A stretch of 64,000 bases of DNA from Candidatus Bathyarchaeota archaeon (GTDB lineage Archaea; Thermoproteota; Bathyarchaeia; 40CM-2-53-6). How positions within the stretch are numbered: position 1 is the first letter of the stretch; each line of letters opens with the position of its first letter. The stretch lies in NCBI GenBank assembly GCA_963733055.1, contig CAVTBR010000001.1:864001-928000 (forward strand), written 5' to 3'. Shown one piece after another: positions 1-10,232 of the stretch. The position numbers and the translations under genes were made by a program. The notes below the pieces were generated by a model. It saw nothing but the letters and a program-made list of their open reading frames with translations, did not search any database and had not been told where the DNA came from.

Positions 1-693
1 GAATGAGAATTTTACAATTTGAGGCTTCGATTTCAAGTGTAGTAAACTCTTCGAACTTAGCCTGTTCAGCGTTGTTCTCTTTGCTCGCCTTTCGCCGATT
101 GGCAGAATAGCCAATCCTGACATGATCGAAAATAGTGCGAAAATTAGGAACGTATACTCAAATGACGTTCCGAAGTCTAAATGAAGCTGGGTTCGGAAGA
201 GGTAGGGGAGTACGCTCATTGCTGAACCTAGCGTGAGTGCAATCGTCCACAACCCTTGGGACCATGCGAATGCACCCGTTCTTTTCTCACGCGGAGCTTT
301 CTCTGCCAGTAACGCTGTCCATGCCGGCGTCCATACAGCGGCGCTGAATCCTCCCGCGAGTCCCACGCCACCGATCGCGCTGGCTAACAATAATGAATTG
401 AGATCACGGGTAAACGCGAACAGAAGGTAAGCTGCCGTGGCTGAAAGGAAGCCGGCAAGAACGAATGTTTTCCTGCCATACCGGTCCGCTGCGACGGCGA
501 AAGGGATGAGTGCGATCGTGTTAGCTATGGAGGACACTGATGTTACGTAACCGATTATTTCGCCTGAGAAACCAATATTGCTGAGGTAGATTGGCAATAC
601 AACGAGCGTGAACCCGTAGGGTAAGGAATTCAACGCCATCGCGCCGAGCAGCAGGTTTGCATCTAATGCGCGGTGTGAATCTCGGTTGCTCAT
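1..693 (-). CDS. MFS transporter (5' part; runs off window start)
   Basis: Not in the ORF track; read manually from ATG at 693: MSNRDSHRALDANLLLGAMALNSLPYGFTLVVLPIYLSNIGFSGEIIGYV...AVAADRYGRKTF. Shows MFS motif A (DRYGRK) and multiple TM helices. Confidence 0.85.
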   Translation of the reverse strand, partial: MSNRDSHRALDANLLLGAMALNSLPYGFTLVVLPIYLSNIGFSGEIIGYVTSVSSIANTIALIPFAVAADRYGRKTFVLAGFLSATAAYLLFAFTRDLNSLLLASAIGGVGLAGGFSAAVWTPAWTALLAEKAPREKRTGAFAWSQGLWTIALTLGSAMSVLPYLFRTQLHLDFGTSFEYTFLIFALFSIMSGLAILPIGERRAKRTTLNRLSSKSLLHLKSKPQIVKFSF

Positions 694-861
694 GAAGACT
701 TTCGCCGTCGAGCTTTTGGCAGATGGCCGCTACAAGAGACGTGTCTAGCCTACGTTAAGCAATAGGCCAACATCACGCCACGAGTGTACGCGGTCGGAAT
801 CGTTCAATGAGCTATAGAGCTTGCGCTGAATTCAGAACCTTGAAAGAAAAAGGGGCGGGGC

Positions 862-1131
862 CTACTGACAGATCATCAAGCAGTTGCCGACTTTGTGTTC
901 TCCACGCGGAATACCGGGTGCGAAAGCTACAGGAGGTGGTGGAGGCGCGAAGGCAGCAACAGGCGGAGCGTAGGCGTAAGCCGGAGGCGGAGGAGGCATA
1001 GCATAGCTGGCATACGCTGGATAGGCCGCTGCTGGATAGGGTGCTGGAAGCGCTGGTGCTGAATAGCCTGCGTACTGGTAGGGTGGATAGGCCCCATACG
1101 GATACGAACCATAGCCACAATAGTTACACAT
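862..1131 (-). CDS. Small Pro/Tyr/Ala-rich low-complexity protein with Cys pairs at both ends
   Basis: 89 aa ORF with an AT-rich TATA-like element about 35 nt upstream and a T-rich tract (CCCCTTTTTCTTTC on - strand) just after the stop. Confidence 0.55.
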   Translation of the reverse strand: MCNYCGYGSYPYGAYPPYQYAGYSAPALPAPYPAAAYPAYASYAMPPPPPAYAYAPPVAAFAPPPPPVAFAPGIPRGEHKVGNCLMICQ

Positions 1132-1374
1132 AGTTAACCGAGAACCGAAACCGAAAACGAGGAATTAAGCGTATCAGGAAACTGACAGAGGCATGCAAAC
1201 CCACATGCCGAAGCCTCTCACACCATTCCCAGATGTTTGCTTCCAACACGACAAAAGTGAAATCCTAACGAGAAGCGCCGGCAAGGTATCGTAAGAGTTC
1301 ATAATTCTGAAACACGTTAGTGACGACAAAGATTACCTATCTCGGACGTTTCAGATTAGGAGGCGGCAGCTTGC

Positions 1375-3751
1375 ATGATAGAAGTCTCGCGTTATGAATT
1401 ATTCATCGATCTGGATTTTCAGGGACTGAAGTTCAAGGGCATGCTCCGTGCGAAGTTGAAAACGGACGTGAATGTCGTTTTCAACGCAGTTGCCCTGGAC
1501 ATAATCAGCGTTAGGTCTGATTCCAAGATCTTCCCTTTCAGCCAGAAGGAAGACGACTTAATGATTCAGACCGGGGCATTCGAAGGGGTCTTGCAAGTTG
1601 ACTACGCGGGACATATCCCACATTCGTTGGCTGGAATCTATAGCGCACCCTACGAGAAATCCCACATCGTAACGACCCATTTCGAAGCTGCCCAAGCTAG
1701 GCGCATGCTCCCGTGCGTTGACCGTCCCGACATCAAAGCTGAATTCAAACTTACGGTGAAAATAGACAAAGAACTAAACGCCATTTCAAACATGCCCATA
1801 GAATCTGAGAAACCCGATGGCGACAAGAAAATTGTGACTTTCGAGAAGACTCCACGGATGTCAACGTACCTACTCTACCTCGGCGTGGGCAAGTTCGAAT
1901 CGGAAACCACTAGGGTCGGGAATACTAGCATAATCCTTGCAACCACGCCTGGCAAGTCGAATCTGGGAGCGTTTGCGCAAGACGACGCGCGCAAATCAAT
2001 TGAATTCTTCAACACCTATTACAAGATACCCTATGCGCTTCCGAAGGTTCACCTGATCGCCGTCCCTGAATTCGCCATGGGTGCGATGGAAAACTGGGGG
2101 GCAATCACTTTTCGCGAGATCCTACTTCTATTCGACGCGAATACGAGCGCTAGAATGAAGAGGCGCTCCGCCATGGCCATCGCTCACGAATTAGCCCATC
2201 AATGGTTTGGCGACCTAGTCACCATGAAGTGGTGGGACGATATTTGGTTGAACGAAAGTTTCGCGACCTTCATGGCCTACAAGGCCCTCGACTCAGCACA
2301 TCCTGAATGGAGAATCTGGACCAATTTCTTCAACGGAGAGCCGGGGGTCGAATCACTAGCTGGAGCCATGGAACAAGATTCAACGGAAAACACTCACCCA
2401 ATTCAAGTGCAAGTAACCTCACCCGACGAGATAGAACAGATTTTCGACGCGATCAGCTACGGCAAGGGAGCTCACGTGCTCCAAATGATCGAAGCTTACG
2501 TCGGTGAACCAGCCTTTCGCGAGGGCGTGCGACGATACCTCTCAGAACACGCTTACAGCAACGCAACCGGAAATGATCTTTGGTCTTCAATTGAAGCTGT
2601 GTCCCAAAAGCCAGTTCAGAGGGTAATGTCGAGTTGGATACAGCAACCCGGATTCCCAGTAGTGACCGTTTCCAAACGTGATGGCAAACTAACCCTAAGG
2701 CAGGAAAGATTCCTGATTTCAGGAAGCCCGGATAAGGAGAGGCGCCGATGGTCGATCCCGGTAATAATCGAAGTAAACGATCAAAGAAAAAACATCCTCT
2801 TAGAAGACTCGGAATACGAGATTATAGTTGACGATTTGAAGTCACTCAGAATAAACCCCGACCGCACCGGTTTCTATGTAGTCCACTACCAAGGACTCGA
2901 TGATATCATCTGGCGGAGCAAACTATCAACTTACGATCGATGGGGACTAATGCATGACAAATTCGCGTTTCTCCTCTCTGGAAGAATCAACTTCAAAGAA
3001 TACCTAGCAACATTGAGCAAGTTCGAGAGAGAGGCCGATACTCTCTCCGGCCAGGAGTTATCGGATCAAATCACTTTGCTCTATTGGCTCATACCCTCAA
3101 AAATCTTGGACATCTCAAAGAGGATTCATCACGGCTTACTTGAAACGTTCAAGGATAGCACTGACGAGCAGAGTTCGATACTGGAAGGTACGGTGGCTAG
3201 CAGGCTTGCTGTGATTGATCCAGACTACGCGGACACATTAGGGCGCAAATTCAATGACTATGGGAAAACGCCTCCAGAGATGAGGCTAGCTGTGGCCACA
3301 GCCTACGCAAGGTCAACAAACGATATGGAAGGTCTAACTGCGCAAGTATAAGGAAAGCAGTTCGGATGAGGATCGAATCAAGTTTCTGCAGTCAATGACA
3401 ACATTCGGAAATGAGGAACTTGTTAAGCAAACATTGAACTTCGCAGTCGGTGGCCAAGTCAAAAGGCAGGACGTTATCTCGGTGGTCATCGCGGCTACAA
3501 AGAACCCTCAGGTTAGGGACATGGTGTGGGAGTGGTTGAAGTCTAACATAGGAAAGCTTCAGGAACTGTACCAAGGCACGGGGCTCCTCTCAGGCGTACT
3601 CATGTCAATCATTCCAGTCCTCTGCGTTGGCCGCGTTTCTGAAGCTGAAGACTTCTTCGCCAAGCATCCCATTACAGAAGCCGAATCCGGGATCAAAGTG
3701 GGGCTTGAGAAACTACGTGTCTATGATCGGCTTGTCAAGAGCATAGCATGA
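1375..3751 (+). pseudogene. M1 family aminopeptidase (tricorn-interacting factor F2/F3-like), split by a frameshift near 3337
   Basis: GAMENWG and HELAH...NESFA zinc motifs in 1375..3351. The C-terminal domain continues in the frame of 3395..3751. Removing one A at 3336/3337 gives the continuous ...EGLLRKYKESSSDEDRIKFLQSMTT. Confidence 0.85.
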
Positions 3752-3926
3752 GTAGTTTACTCCTGAACCATGAATGATCACAACGTATCGAACGTATCGA
3801 AACTGTAGTTAGACCGCCTCACCCCTGACGTATCAAGGGGTAAAACAACGTGTGGATCTTAGCCGATCCAACGTCTTCCAGGGCAACGTGATCATGATGA
3901 ACCTTTTAGGAATCGACTATTAGTCC

Positions 3927-4613
3927 TTGTCAGAAACGGAAGTCTTGAGCCTGAAGGTCAAAGCGATCGTAATCGATATGGACGGAACGATAACCAAATT
4001 CAACCTAGACTACATGGCCGCACGCCGCAGAGCACTCGAAGAACTTGAGAAACAAGGCTTAAGAACACCCGACATGACCGACCAGATTAACCTCTTTGTC
4101 ATCCTGAAAGAACTCAAGGACAAATGTGAACCAGAAAAGTTTTCGCAATTACGTTCAACGTTCTATGATTTTTTTGAGGAAATGGAAATCAAAGCAGCTG
4201 AAGATGTTTCCCTATTTCCGGGCGTAGAGAAAACGCTCCAAGAGCTGCATGCTAGGCACCTGAAGATTGGGCTCGTAACAAACAACAGTCGAACCGGCAC
4301 AGAACTAACTCTCAAGAGGCATCACCTTGAACCGTTTCTTGATGCCATCGTCACCAGAGACGATTGTGAAGAGATGAAGCCGGCCAGCGCCCCTATTATG
4401 AAAATCTTGGCCGAACTTGACGTTTCTGCGGAGTCAGCGATCCTGGTTGGGGACGGTGTGATGGACATCATGGCTGCGAAGGCTGCAGGCTTGATCTCAG
4501 TAGCAGTATCCACGGGGCCATTTCCGATCCAGCGAATCCTGAAAGCCGAACCTGACTACGTTCTAGGTTCAGTAAATGAGCTACCGCTACTCATCGACCT
4601 CTTGGAAAAGTAG
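3927..4613 (+). CDS. HAD-superfamily hydrolase (phosphoglycolate phosphatase-like)
   Basis: Motif I DMDGT, motif II VTNN, motif III KP and motif IV GDGVMDI. Confidence 0.9.
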   Translation: MSETEVLSLKVKAIVIDMDGTITKFNLDYMAARRRALEELEKQGLRTPDMTDQINLFVILKELKDKCEPEKFSQLRSTFYDFFEEMEIKAAEDVSLFPGVEKTLQELHARHLKIGLVTNNSRTGTELTLKRHHLEPFLDAIVTRDDCEEMKPASAPIMKILAELDVSAESAILVGDGVMDIMAAKAAGLISVAVSTGPFPIQRILKAEPDYVLGSVNELPLLIDLLEK

Positions 4614-4650
4614 GATGAGACTTGTTTGGTCAACGAACGTAGATTTGATT

Positions 4651-5214
4651 CTATGCTGATTGCTTGAGATAATGTTCTTGAACGAACGTGATTGTTTTGA
4701 GTCCGACGGTTGGGAAGAGGCAAATATTATTTGCCATCGCGGTCACGAGGCTCGGGATGCCATAAACCATGGTTCCTACGATCGGAGTGTTGTAGGCTAA
4801 CGAAACCCAAGCATTCTGCAAGAACTCGCTCAGTAACGTCAATGCTACTGCAGAAACTAGAGCGATCGCTACCGTTGGCTTTGGATAGATTCGTCTTATG
4901 ATTCCGCCGCAGATTCCTAACAAACCAATTATGGAAGCTATGTAGGGCGTCCAAGCGCCGGGTCCATACGGGCTGGCTATATCGGATATTAGAATTATCA
5001 AGAAACCGGTGATGAAGCCGGCGACGGGGCCGAAAATGAATCCGCTGGCAAAACTTAGAGTTTCACTCAAACCAATTTTCGTCACTATACCGTAAACGGT
5101 CGGGGGGGACAGCGAAGCCACATTACCCGCCATAATTCTGACTACTGCACCAATAGCGCTAAATGTAGAAACCAAAGCGATTTGTTTCGAGCTGAACCGC
5201 AGACTTTGAAGCAA
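4651..5214 (-). CDS. ECF transporter S component
   Basis: About 6 TM helices with the typical GFIFGPVAGFITG pattern. Likely TTG start at 5214 (ORF track 5274). Divergent from the cob operon. Confidence 0.75.
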   Translation of the reverse strand: MLQSLRFSSKQIALVSTFSAIGAVVRIMAGNVASLSPPTVYGIVTKIGLSETLSFASGFIFGPVAGFITGFLIILISDIASPYGPGAWTPYIASIIGLLGICGGIIRRIYPKPTVAIALVSAVALTLLSEFLQNAWVSLAYNTPIVGTMVYGIPSLVTAMANNICLFPTVGLKTITFVQEHYLKQSA

Positions 5215-5294
5215 AAATGGAGGCCTGGCTGGATAATCCAGCCATAGAGATAAAGCGCTGCCGGTGATATTCAATGCCAGATTTGACGGGTCAA

Positions 5295-5768
5295 ATGATT
5301 GGGAATCCGCCGCTGTTGCGTTATTTGGAGGAGAGGGGAGTCACCTTGAAGGACTTGGTTGAGACAGCGCTAGTAATGTTTGTTCCGCATCCTGGTGTCG
5401 AAAATAGAGAAAAAGCGATTCAGATAATCTTAGAACAATTCCGTGAGGCTCTCACAGACGTCAACGTTTCCACGTTGGTCGTGGCGTGTTATCGGGCCGA
5501 GGAAGACGCCAAAGCTGGACTGATACCGAACCTTAGTGTCGAGAGATTCATGGGCCGCCCCGGTCTCGTAACTGACGAACTTCTTGGGATGACGATTGCA
5601 AACTACATCGCAGGCGCGAAGGGCATTTTCGAATTCATTCGGTTCGACCAGAATAAGCCAGGTATCCTAGCAAAACTAGGGCCAATAACAAATGACGCTG
5701 TGGGCGGACTTATCGCAGGTTGCTCCTCGAACATGTACTCAGAAGCTACTCGGCAGAGTTCAAGATGA
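5295..5768 (+). CDS. cobZ: Archaeal alpha-ribazole-5'-phosphate phosphatase (PgpA-like CobZ)
   Basis: LEERGVTL..LV..AL.MFVPHPG, DVNV, DELLG..IA.YIAG.KG.FEF.RFDQ.KPGIL..LGP pattern; lies directly upstream of cobS. Confidence 0.85.
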   Translation: MIGNPPLLRYLEERGVTLKDLVETALVMFVPHPGVENREKAIQIILEQFREALTDVNVSTLVVACYRAEEDAKAGLIPNLSVERFMGRPGLVTDELLGMTIANYIAGAKGIFEFIRFDQNKPGILAKLGPITNDAVGGLIAGCSSNMYSEATRQSSR

Positions 5769-5775
5769 ATCCCCC

Positions 5776-6531
5776 TTGAGCATTCTGCGTGGTCTGAAGA
5801 ACTCCATCGCCTTCCTGACGATATTTCCCGTCGGAATGGACAGAGACGGCGTCACTCAGGCCGCGGCTTACATGCCACTCTTCCCACTAATCGGCGCCGT
5901 AACTGGTTTAGTGGCTGGCGCGGTCGTCTGGGTTCTCCAACTAGTCTTACCCCAACTTGTAGCCGGAACGATCGGGCTGGGAGTCCTGATTCTAGTTAAT
6001 GGTGCCCAGCATGTGGATGGTTTGCTCGATTTTGGCGACGGGATCATGTTCCACGGTTCACCGACCGGAAAATTACGTGTTATGCGCGATCCCACAACGG
6101 GAGCCGGTGGTTTCTCTTTAGGCCTAATTATTCTGGTTACGACTGTCTTTTCCATCTCAGCCTTGCCGCCACGCCTGATTGTCCCCGGCCTCATAGTGTC
6201 AGAATCTGCTGCAGCGTACTCAATGGCTCTTGAAACCGCCGTAGGTAAATCCGCGCACAAAGGTATGAACAGCATTTTCGTTGAAGCAATGCATCACAAA
6301 CGCGCTTTGCGACTGGGTCTGTCCTGTCTGATAGTTCTCGCAATTTCACTTCTGTTCCTGAGAACTGGTGGACTACCTGTTGTTATCGGCGTGATCCTTA
6401 CGACACTGGCGATGGTCATTGTGGCGAATCGCCACTTCGGCGGCTTAACGGGTGACGTGCTGGGTGCAACGAACGAGATTTCGCGGGCGGTCTCTCTCAT
6501 TCTGGTTTTGGTGTTTTTGAGTTGGGCCTGA
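5776..6531 (+). CDS. cobS: Adenosylcobinamide-GDP ribazoletransferase (cobamide synthase)
   Basis: FLTIFP, HVDGLLDFGDG, MRDPTTGAGG and GGLTGDVLGATNE motifs; polytopic membrane protein; probable TTG start at 5776. Confidence 0.93.
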   Translation: MSILRGLKNSIAFLTIFPVGMDRDGVTQAAAYMPLFPLIGAVTGLVAGAVVWVLQLVLPQLVAGTIGLGVLILVNGAQHVDGLLDFGDGIMFHGSPTGKLRVMRDPTTGAGGFSLGLIILVTTVFSISALPPRLIVPGLIVSESAAAYSMALETAVGKSAHKGMNSIFVEAMHHKRALRLGLSCLIVLAISLLFLRTGGLPVVIGVILTTLAMVIVANRHFGGLTGDVLGATNEISRAVSLILVLVFLSWA

Positions 6532-7145
6532 CCGCTCTAGTAATGGCCGGTGGTCGAGCCACTCGAATGGGAACCAAAGTAGAGAAACCGCTTCTCGAAG
6601 TTTCAGGTAAGCCGATGCTGCAAATCATAATAGAAGTGCTCAAACGGACGAAAGTAGATCGAATTGTAGTTGCCACAAGCGTCAACACCCCGTCAACAAG
6701 CGTCGAAGCCCGGCGTATGGGCGTTGAAGTTCTAGTTACGCCCGGTGATGGGTTCCACGAGGATATGCGTTTTGCCATTCGACGACTCTCTCTTGGCGTT
6801 GTTTTGGTTGTTTCCGCAGACCTACCATTCATAACCGTCGACATCGTTGAGCAAGTCGTGCAAAAGTATCGAAGTTCAGGCAAACCAGCGTTGGCGGTTA
6901 TGGCCAAACCCGAAGTGTATGAAAAGGCTGGCTTCAAACCACAATCCCTCTTCAAGGTTGATGGCCAGAACCTTGTGGCCGTTGGAATCAACATCATCGA
7001 CGGGAAATGTATCGGACAAGGAGAACTAGATCAGACGGTATTCGTAATCGATTCAGGCGATGTCGTTCTTAGCGTTAACACGTTGATGGAGCTTGATCTC
7101 GCGAGGAAGAAGATCTCCGACATGAGAGGAAGCCGTGCAGAATAA
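6522..7145 (+). CDS. cobY: Adenosylcobinamide-phosphate guanylyltransferase (MobA-like NTP transferase)
   Basis: MAGGRATRMG..EKPLL, SADLP and VGINI motifs; located in the cob cluster. Confidence 0.88.
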   Translation: MGLTALVMAGGRATRMGTKVEKPLLEVSGKPMLQIIIEVLKRTKVDRIVVATSVNTPSTSVEARRMGVEVLVTPGDGFHEDMRFAIRRLSLGVVLVVSADLPFITVDIVEQVVQKYRSSGKPALAVMAKPEVYEKAGFKPQSLFKVDGQNLVAVGINIIDGKCIGQGELDQTVFVIDSGDVVLSVNTLMELDLARKKISDMRGSRAE

Positions 7146-7154
7146 CTGACTGAT

Positions 7155-7649
7155 GTGAAATCCATGCTGATTCCTAAGAACGTACCGCGCACCTACCTGA
7201 TTGCACGCATAACAGTGTTTGCTGCACTGTCTGTTGTAGGTTCCTTTATTCAACTTCCTAGCCCAGTCTCAACCGTCGCCCTTGATTCGGCACCCGGCTT
7301 CTTCGCCGCGCTATACTTTGGTCCACTGGACGGATTTTGCGTATTTGGCTTGGGCCACTTGTCAACGGCGATTGTCCATGGTTTTCCGCTTGGATTCCTC
7401 CACTTACCAATCGCGGTGGGGCTTGCCGTTGGTGGAGCTTCAGTTGGGATAGTCAATAAGAAGTGGAGAGTTTTCCCAGCAGTTGCAACGGGCATCGCCA
7501 TCAATACGGCTTTAGTTGTATTGGCTATTCCAGTAATGGGCGTGGCTGCCACTTTGGCCTTTGCTCCGCTTCTGTTTCTCGCGGCCGTCATTAATGGAGC
7601 AGTTGGCACGTTCGCCTATCTTACGATAAGAAGAAGGCTAAAGGTGTGA
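7155..7649 (+). CDS. cblT: ECF S component, alpha-ribazole transporter CblT-like
   Basis: ALS.VGSFI.LPSPV.TVALDSAPGFFAAL...GHL.TA...GFPLG.LHL pattern; overlaps the start of the cblS-like gene. Confidence 0.72.
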   Translation: MKSMLIPKNVPRTYLIARITVFAALSVVGSFIQLPSPVSTVALDSAPGFFAALYFGPLDGFCVFGLGHLSTAIVHGFPLGFLHLPIAVGLAVGGASVGIVNKKWRVFPAVATGIAINTALVVLAIPVMGVAATLAFAPLLFLAAVINGAVGTFAYLTIRRRLKV

Positions 7650-8428
7650 CCACATCTTGGGCGGCATCGAGGTCAATCGGAACACGAAGAGATTTGCTAC
7701 TTCTGAGAGTTACCAGAGATCGTCTGCTCACCGTAAGCTGCGACGCGGCCGGAGGAATCGGCTCAAAACCTCACGATAAGGTCAGGGCTCATCCACGACT
7801 GCTAGGGAAGATGACTGCTAGAGTGGCTCTGATGGAGCTCCTTGCCGCTGGCGCTGATCCGATAGCCCTTGTTGGGACCCTATCGGTTGAGCCGAAACCA
7901 GCTGGCGACCAAGTTGTTAAGGGAATGTTAGCAGAATTACATTATGCCCGACTTGACAACATACAGATTCTAACCAGTTCCGAAAAAAATGTGAAAGTCA
8001 GTCAGACCGGCATTGGAGTAACGGCAATCGGTTTTGTCTCAGCTCCCAATCTTAGGATAGGCCGATGCAGACCCGGGGACGAGGTAGTTACAGTCGGCGA
8101 GCCCCATGTTGGACAAGAAGTTCTGCGCGGGGAAACAAATCGAAAAATCGCTGACACACTTGACATCATAAAGATCCGCGAGAAGTCATTCGTGCACGAA
8201 ATGATACCTGTAGGCTCATGCGGAATACTCAAGGAAGCCAGAACAATGGCGAGAGATTCTAAACTTTCAATTAGGCTACTGAAGTCGGAGCGAGTGAATC
8301 TTAAGAAATCCGCTGGTCCCGCCACGGTCCTAGTCTGTGCCCTTCGACGAGGAAGTTTTAGGAAAATGGAAACTCTATTGCACAAACCAACTCATTTAAT
8401 CGGGCATCTTTTCGAAAGGCAGGCTTAA
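7646..8428 (+). CDS. cblS: Alpha-ribazole kinase CblS-like (PurM/AIR synthase-related ATPase)
   Basis: CDAAGGIGSKPHDKV...ARVALMELLAAGA, SSEKN, QTGIGVT, PVGS.GI..E and KSAGPAT motifs; paired with the cblT-like gene. Confidence 0.78.
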   Translation: MTTSWAASRSIGTRRDLLLLRVTRDRLLTVSCDAAGGIGSKPHDKVRAHPRLLGKMTARVALMELLAAGADPIALVGTLSVEPKPAGDQVVKGMLAELHYARLDNIQILTSSEKNVKVSQTGIGVTAIGFVSAPNLRIGRCRPGDEVVTVGEPHVGQEVLRGETNRKIADTLDIIKIREKSFVHEMIPVGSCGILKEARTMARDSKLSIRLLKSERVNLKKSAGPATVLVCALRRGSFRKMETLLHKPTHLIGHLFERQA

Positions 8429-8472
8429 CCTACTCAAATCTGCCCAGCCTGATGTTGCATTGGAAGCGGTTC

Positions 8473-9108
8473 CTAGAGTTTAACGACGTTGAGGAGGAAG
8501 GTTGAGCCATAGTAAATTAGAACAAAACCGAAGGCGATGAGTACAAGTTTGTAGTATCGTGAACCGATCAACCCCTTTCCTCTCTTGCCCAAGTGGGCGA
8601 TTGCGGTCAGGTAAGCGTAATCCATCCAAACGTGAGCAGCGTACATGATGAGCACGCCAAGGATCGCTGCGAAAGCCAGAGCTTGAACGATAAGCACCGA
8701 TCCTATCGTGAGCCACCATAGAATGAAATAGGGGTTCAGTCCGGTCAGGGCGAGCCCGAGAATTAGTGAGCTGGCGGGAACGCTACTACTTTTGGGGACA
8801 CTTCCGAACTTAGGTTTGCTCTTAATCGTGTCATAGATCTGCAAAACCCCAAAACCAATCAACCCCAGACCGCCAACGAACCCGATGACTCCCTTTATCG
8901 CAGGTTGACTCGCGGCCGCAAGCAACCCTAAGGCAAGGGCGAGAACAAGCGGAAACTCCACTAACGTATGGCCAACGGCACATGAGAACCCAGCGCGGGC
9001 ACCTTCTTTAGACCCGTGCATCAAGAGCCCAAAAAATAGTGGTCCCGGGGCTAGCGCACCTGACGCAGTTACGAGAATCACTGTAAATACGAAACCAAAG
9101 AGATCCAT
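8473..9108 (-). CDS. LysE family translocator
   Basis: SGALAPGP N-terminal motif, GH..VE, LNPYFILWW. Confidence 0.88.
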   Translation of the reverse strand: MDLFGFVFTVILVTASGALAPGPLFFGLLMHGSKEGARAGFSCAVGHTLVEFPLVLALALGLLAAASQPAIKGVIGFVGGLGLIGFGVLQIYDTIKSKPKFGSVPKSSSVPASSLILGLALTGLNPYFILWWLTIGSVLIVQALAFAAILGVLIMYAAHVWMDYAYLTAIAHLGKRGKGLIGSRYYKLVLIAFGFVLIYYGSTFLLNVVKL

Positions 9109-9230
9109 ACGCGCAAAGCTCTGCGTTGCAGCTTAGATATCGTACCTAATTGAGATTGTTCGGTAAACCCCTTGCAAGCGAAAATGTTCACACCGGAAAT
9201 CGCAGTTCCGTGCTTTAACGTGAGAAGCGG

Positions 9231-10085
9231 TTATGCTTCTAGGATCACGCTTTTGTCGACTTTCCCAAGGGCCTTGACGATGTCACGCTTGGTAATGAGG
9301 CCGACAACTTTGGATTCCTTATCGACGACAGGTAGGCTGCTTACGCTTTTCTTGATCAGTATCTGAGCTGCTTGCGCCAGATCAGTACCCTCATGAGTCG
9401 TAATTGGGTTAGGTGTCATCAATTCCTTCGTTGTGATTATGGCAAGTTCGGCCTTGTCGTTCAAGTGCACTCTTGCGGTCTTGGAGGTTGGCATCCTTTC
9501 GCTAACTGAGAGCAAATCTGAGAGGGTTAGGATGCCAACAAGTTCTTCGTCGATCACTGGGATACACGATTGCCGGAAGATGATTCCATTCGCGACATGA
9601 ATGGCTGGGTAGCTGCTCTTGGCGAAGACAAAGTCGGTTGCCATGAAATCGCCGACCTTGAATTTGCCGGGCCATTTCTGTGAGAAATAGTGGCAAAGAT
9701 CGGTTTCGGTTATAATTCCGGATAGTGGATTATCATTCGCTACTATGGCGTAAACGAGGTCGTTCTCGTCGAACGTGCGTGCTGCAACGAGGACCGCAAC
9801 ATGCGGGCTCATCGTTGAGACTGGCGTTGATGAAGCCTCAGAGATCGTTATCTCTTCGAGATCACGAGTGGTAGTGTCGTCGAGGAGGAATCTTGCAATG
9901 TCGCGTTTCGAGACTGATCCTATGGGTCGGTTGTGTGGATCGACTATAACAAGTTGTGAGGTTCGGTTTTGAGACATGACGTCTCGTGCTTTCAGAAGCG
10001 AGTCCGATGGAGAGACGGTAATGACCCACCTGGTCATAACGTCGCTGACAGTGTCTAACCGTGACGAGCCTTGAACTTGAACCAT
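9231..10085 (-). CDS. CBS domain protein (four CBS repeats)
   Basis: Repeated GxxS/TxxD motifs (GSVSKRD, GIITETD, GILTLSD, GLITKRD). Confidence 0.88.
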   Translation of the reverse strand: MVQVQGSSRLDTVSDVMTRWVITVSPSDSLLKARDVMSQNRTSQLVIVDPHNRPIGSVSKRDIARFLLDDTTTRDLEEITISEASSTPVSTMSPHVAVLVAARTFDENDLVYAIVANDNPLSGIITETDLCHYFSQKWPGKFKVGDFMATDFVFAKSSYPAIHVANGIIFRQSCIPVIDEELVGILTLSDLLSVSERMPTSKTARVHLNDKAELAIITTKELMTPNPITTHEGTDLAQAAQILIKKSVSSLPVVDKESKVVGLITKRDIVKALGKVDKSVILEA

Positions 10086-10232
10086 CGGTAACCGGTACTC
10101 CCGACAAAATTTGCTAGTCTTTGAAGGGACGAATTTTTGATATAAGCAGAACTAACGGTTCCCATAACTGATTTGAACGCGCAGGATTCCAGCGACACCC
10201 ATGGGAGATATCGATGTCAGCTGCTTGGGTAT

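Noticed and set aside
3349-3351. Stop-codon readthrough (Sec/Pyl) in the aminopeptidase
   Set aside because: The stop is TAA and the continuation is in a different frame.
5215-5294. Cobalamin riboswitch between the divergent ECF and cob genes
   Set aside because: Only about 80 nt are available and no B12 box is visible.
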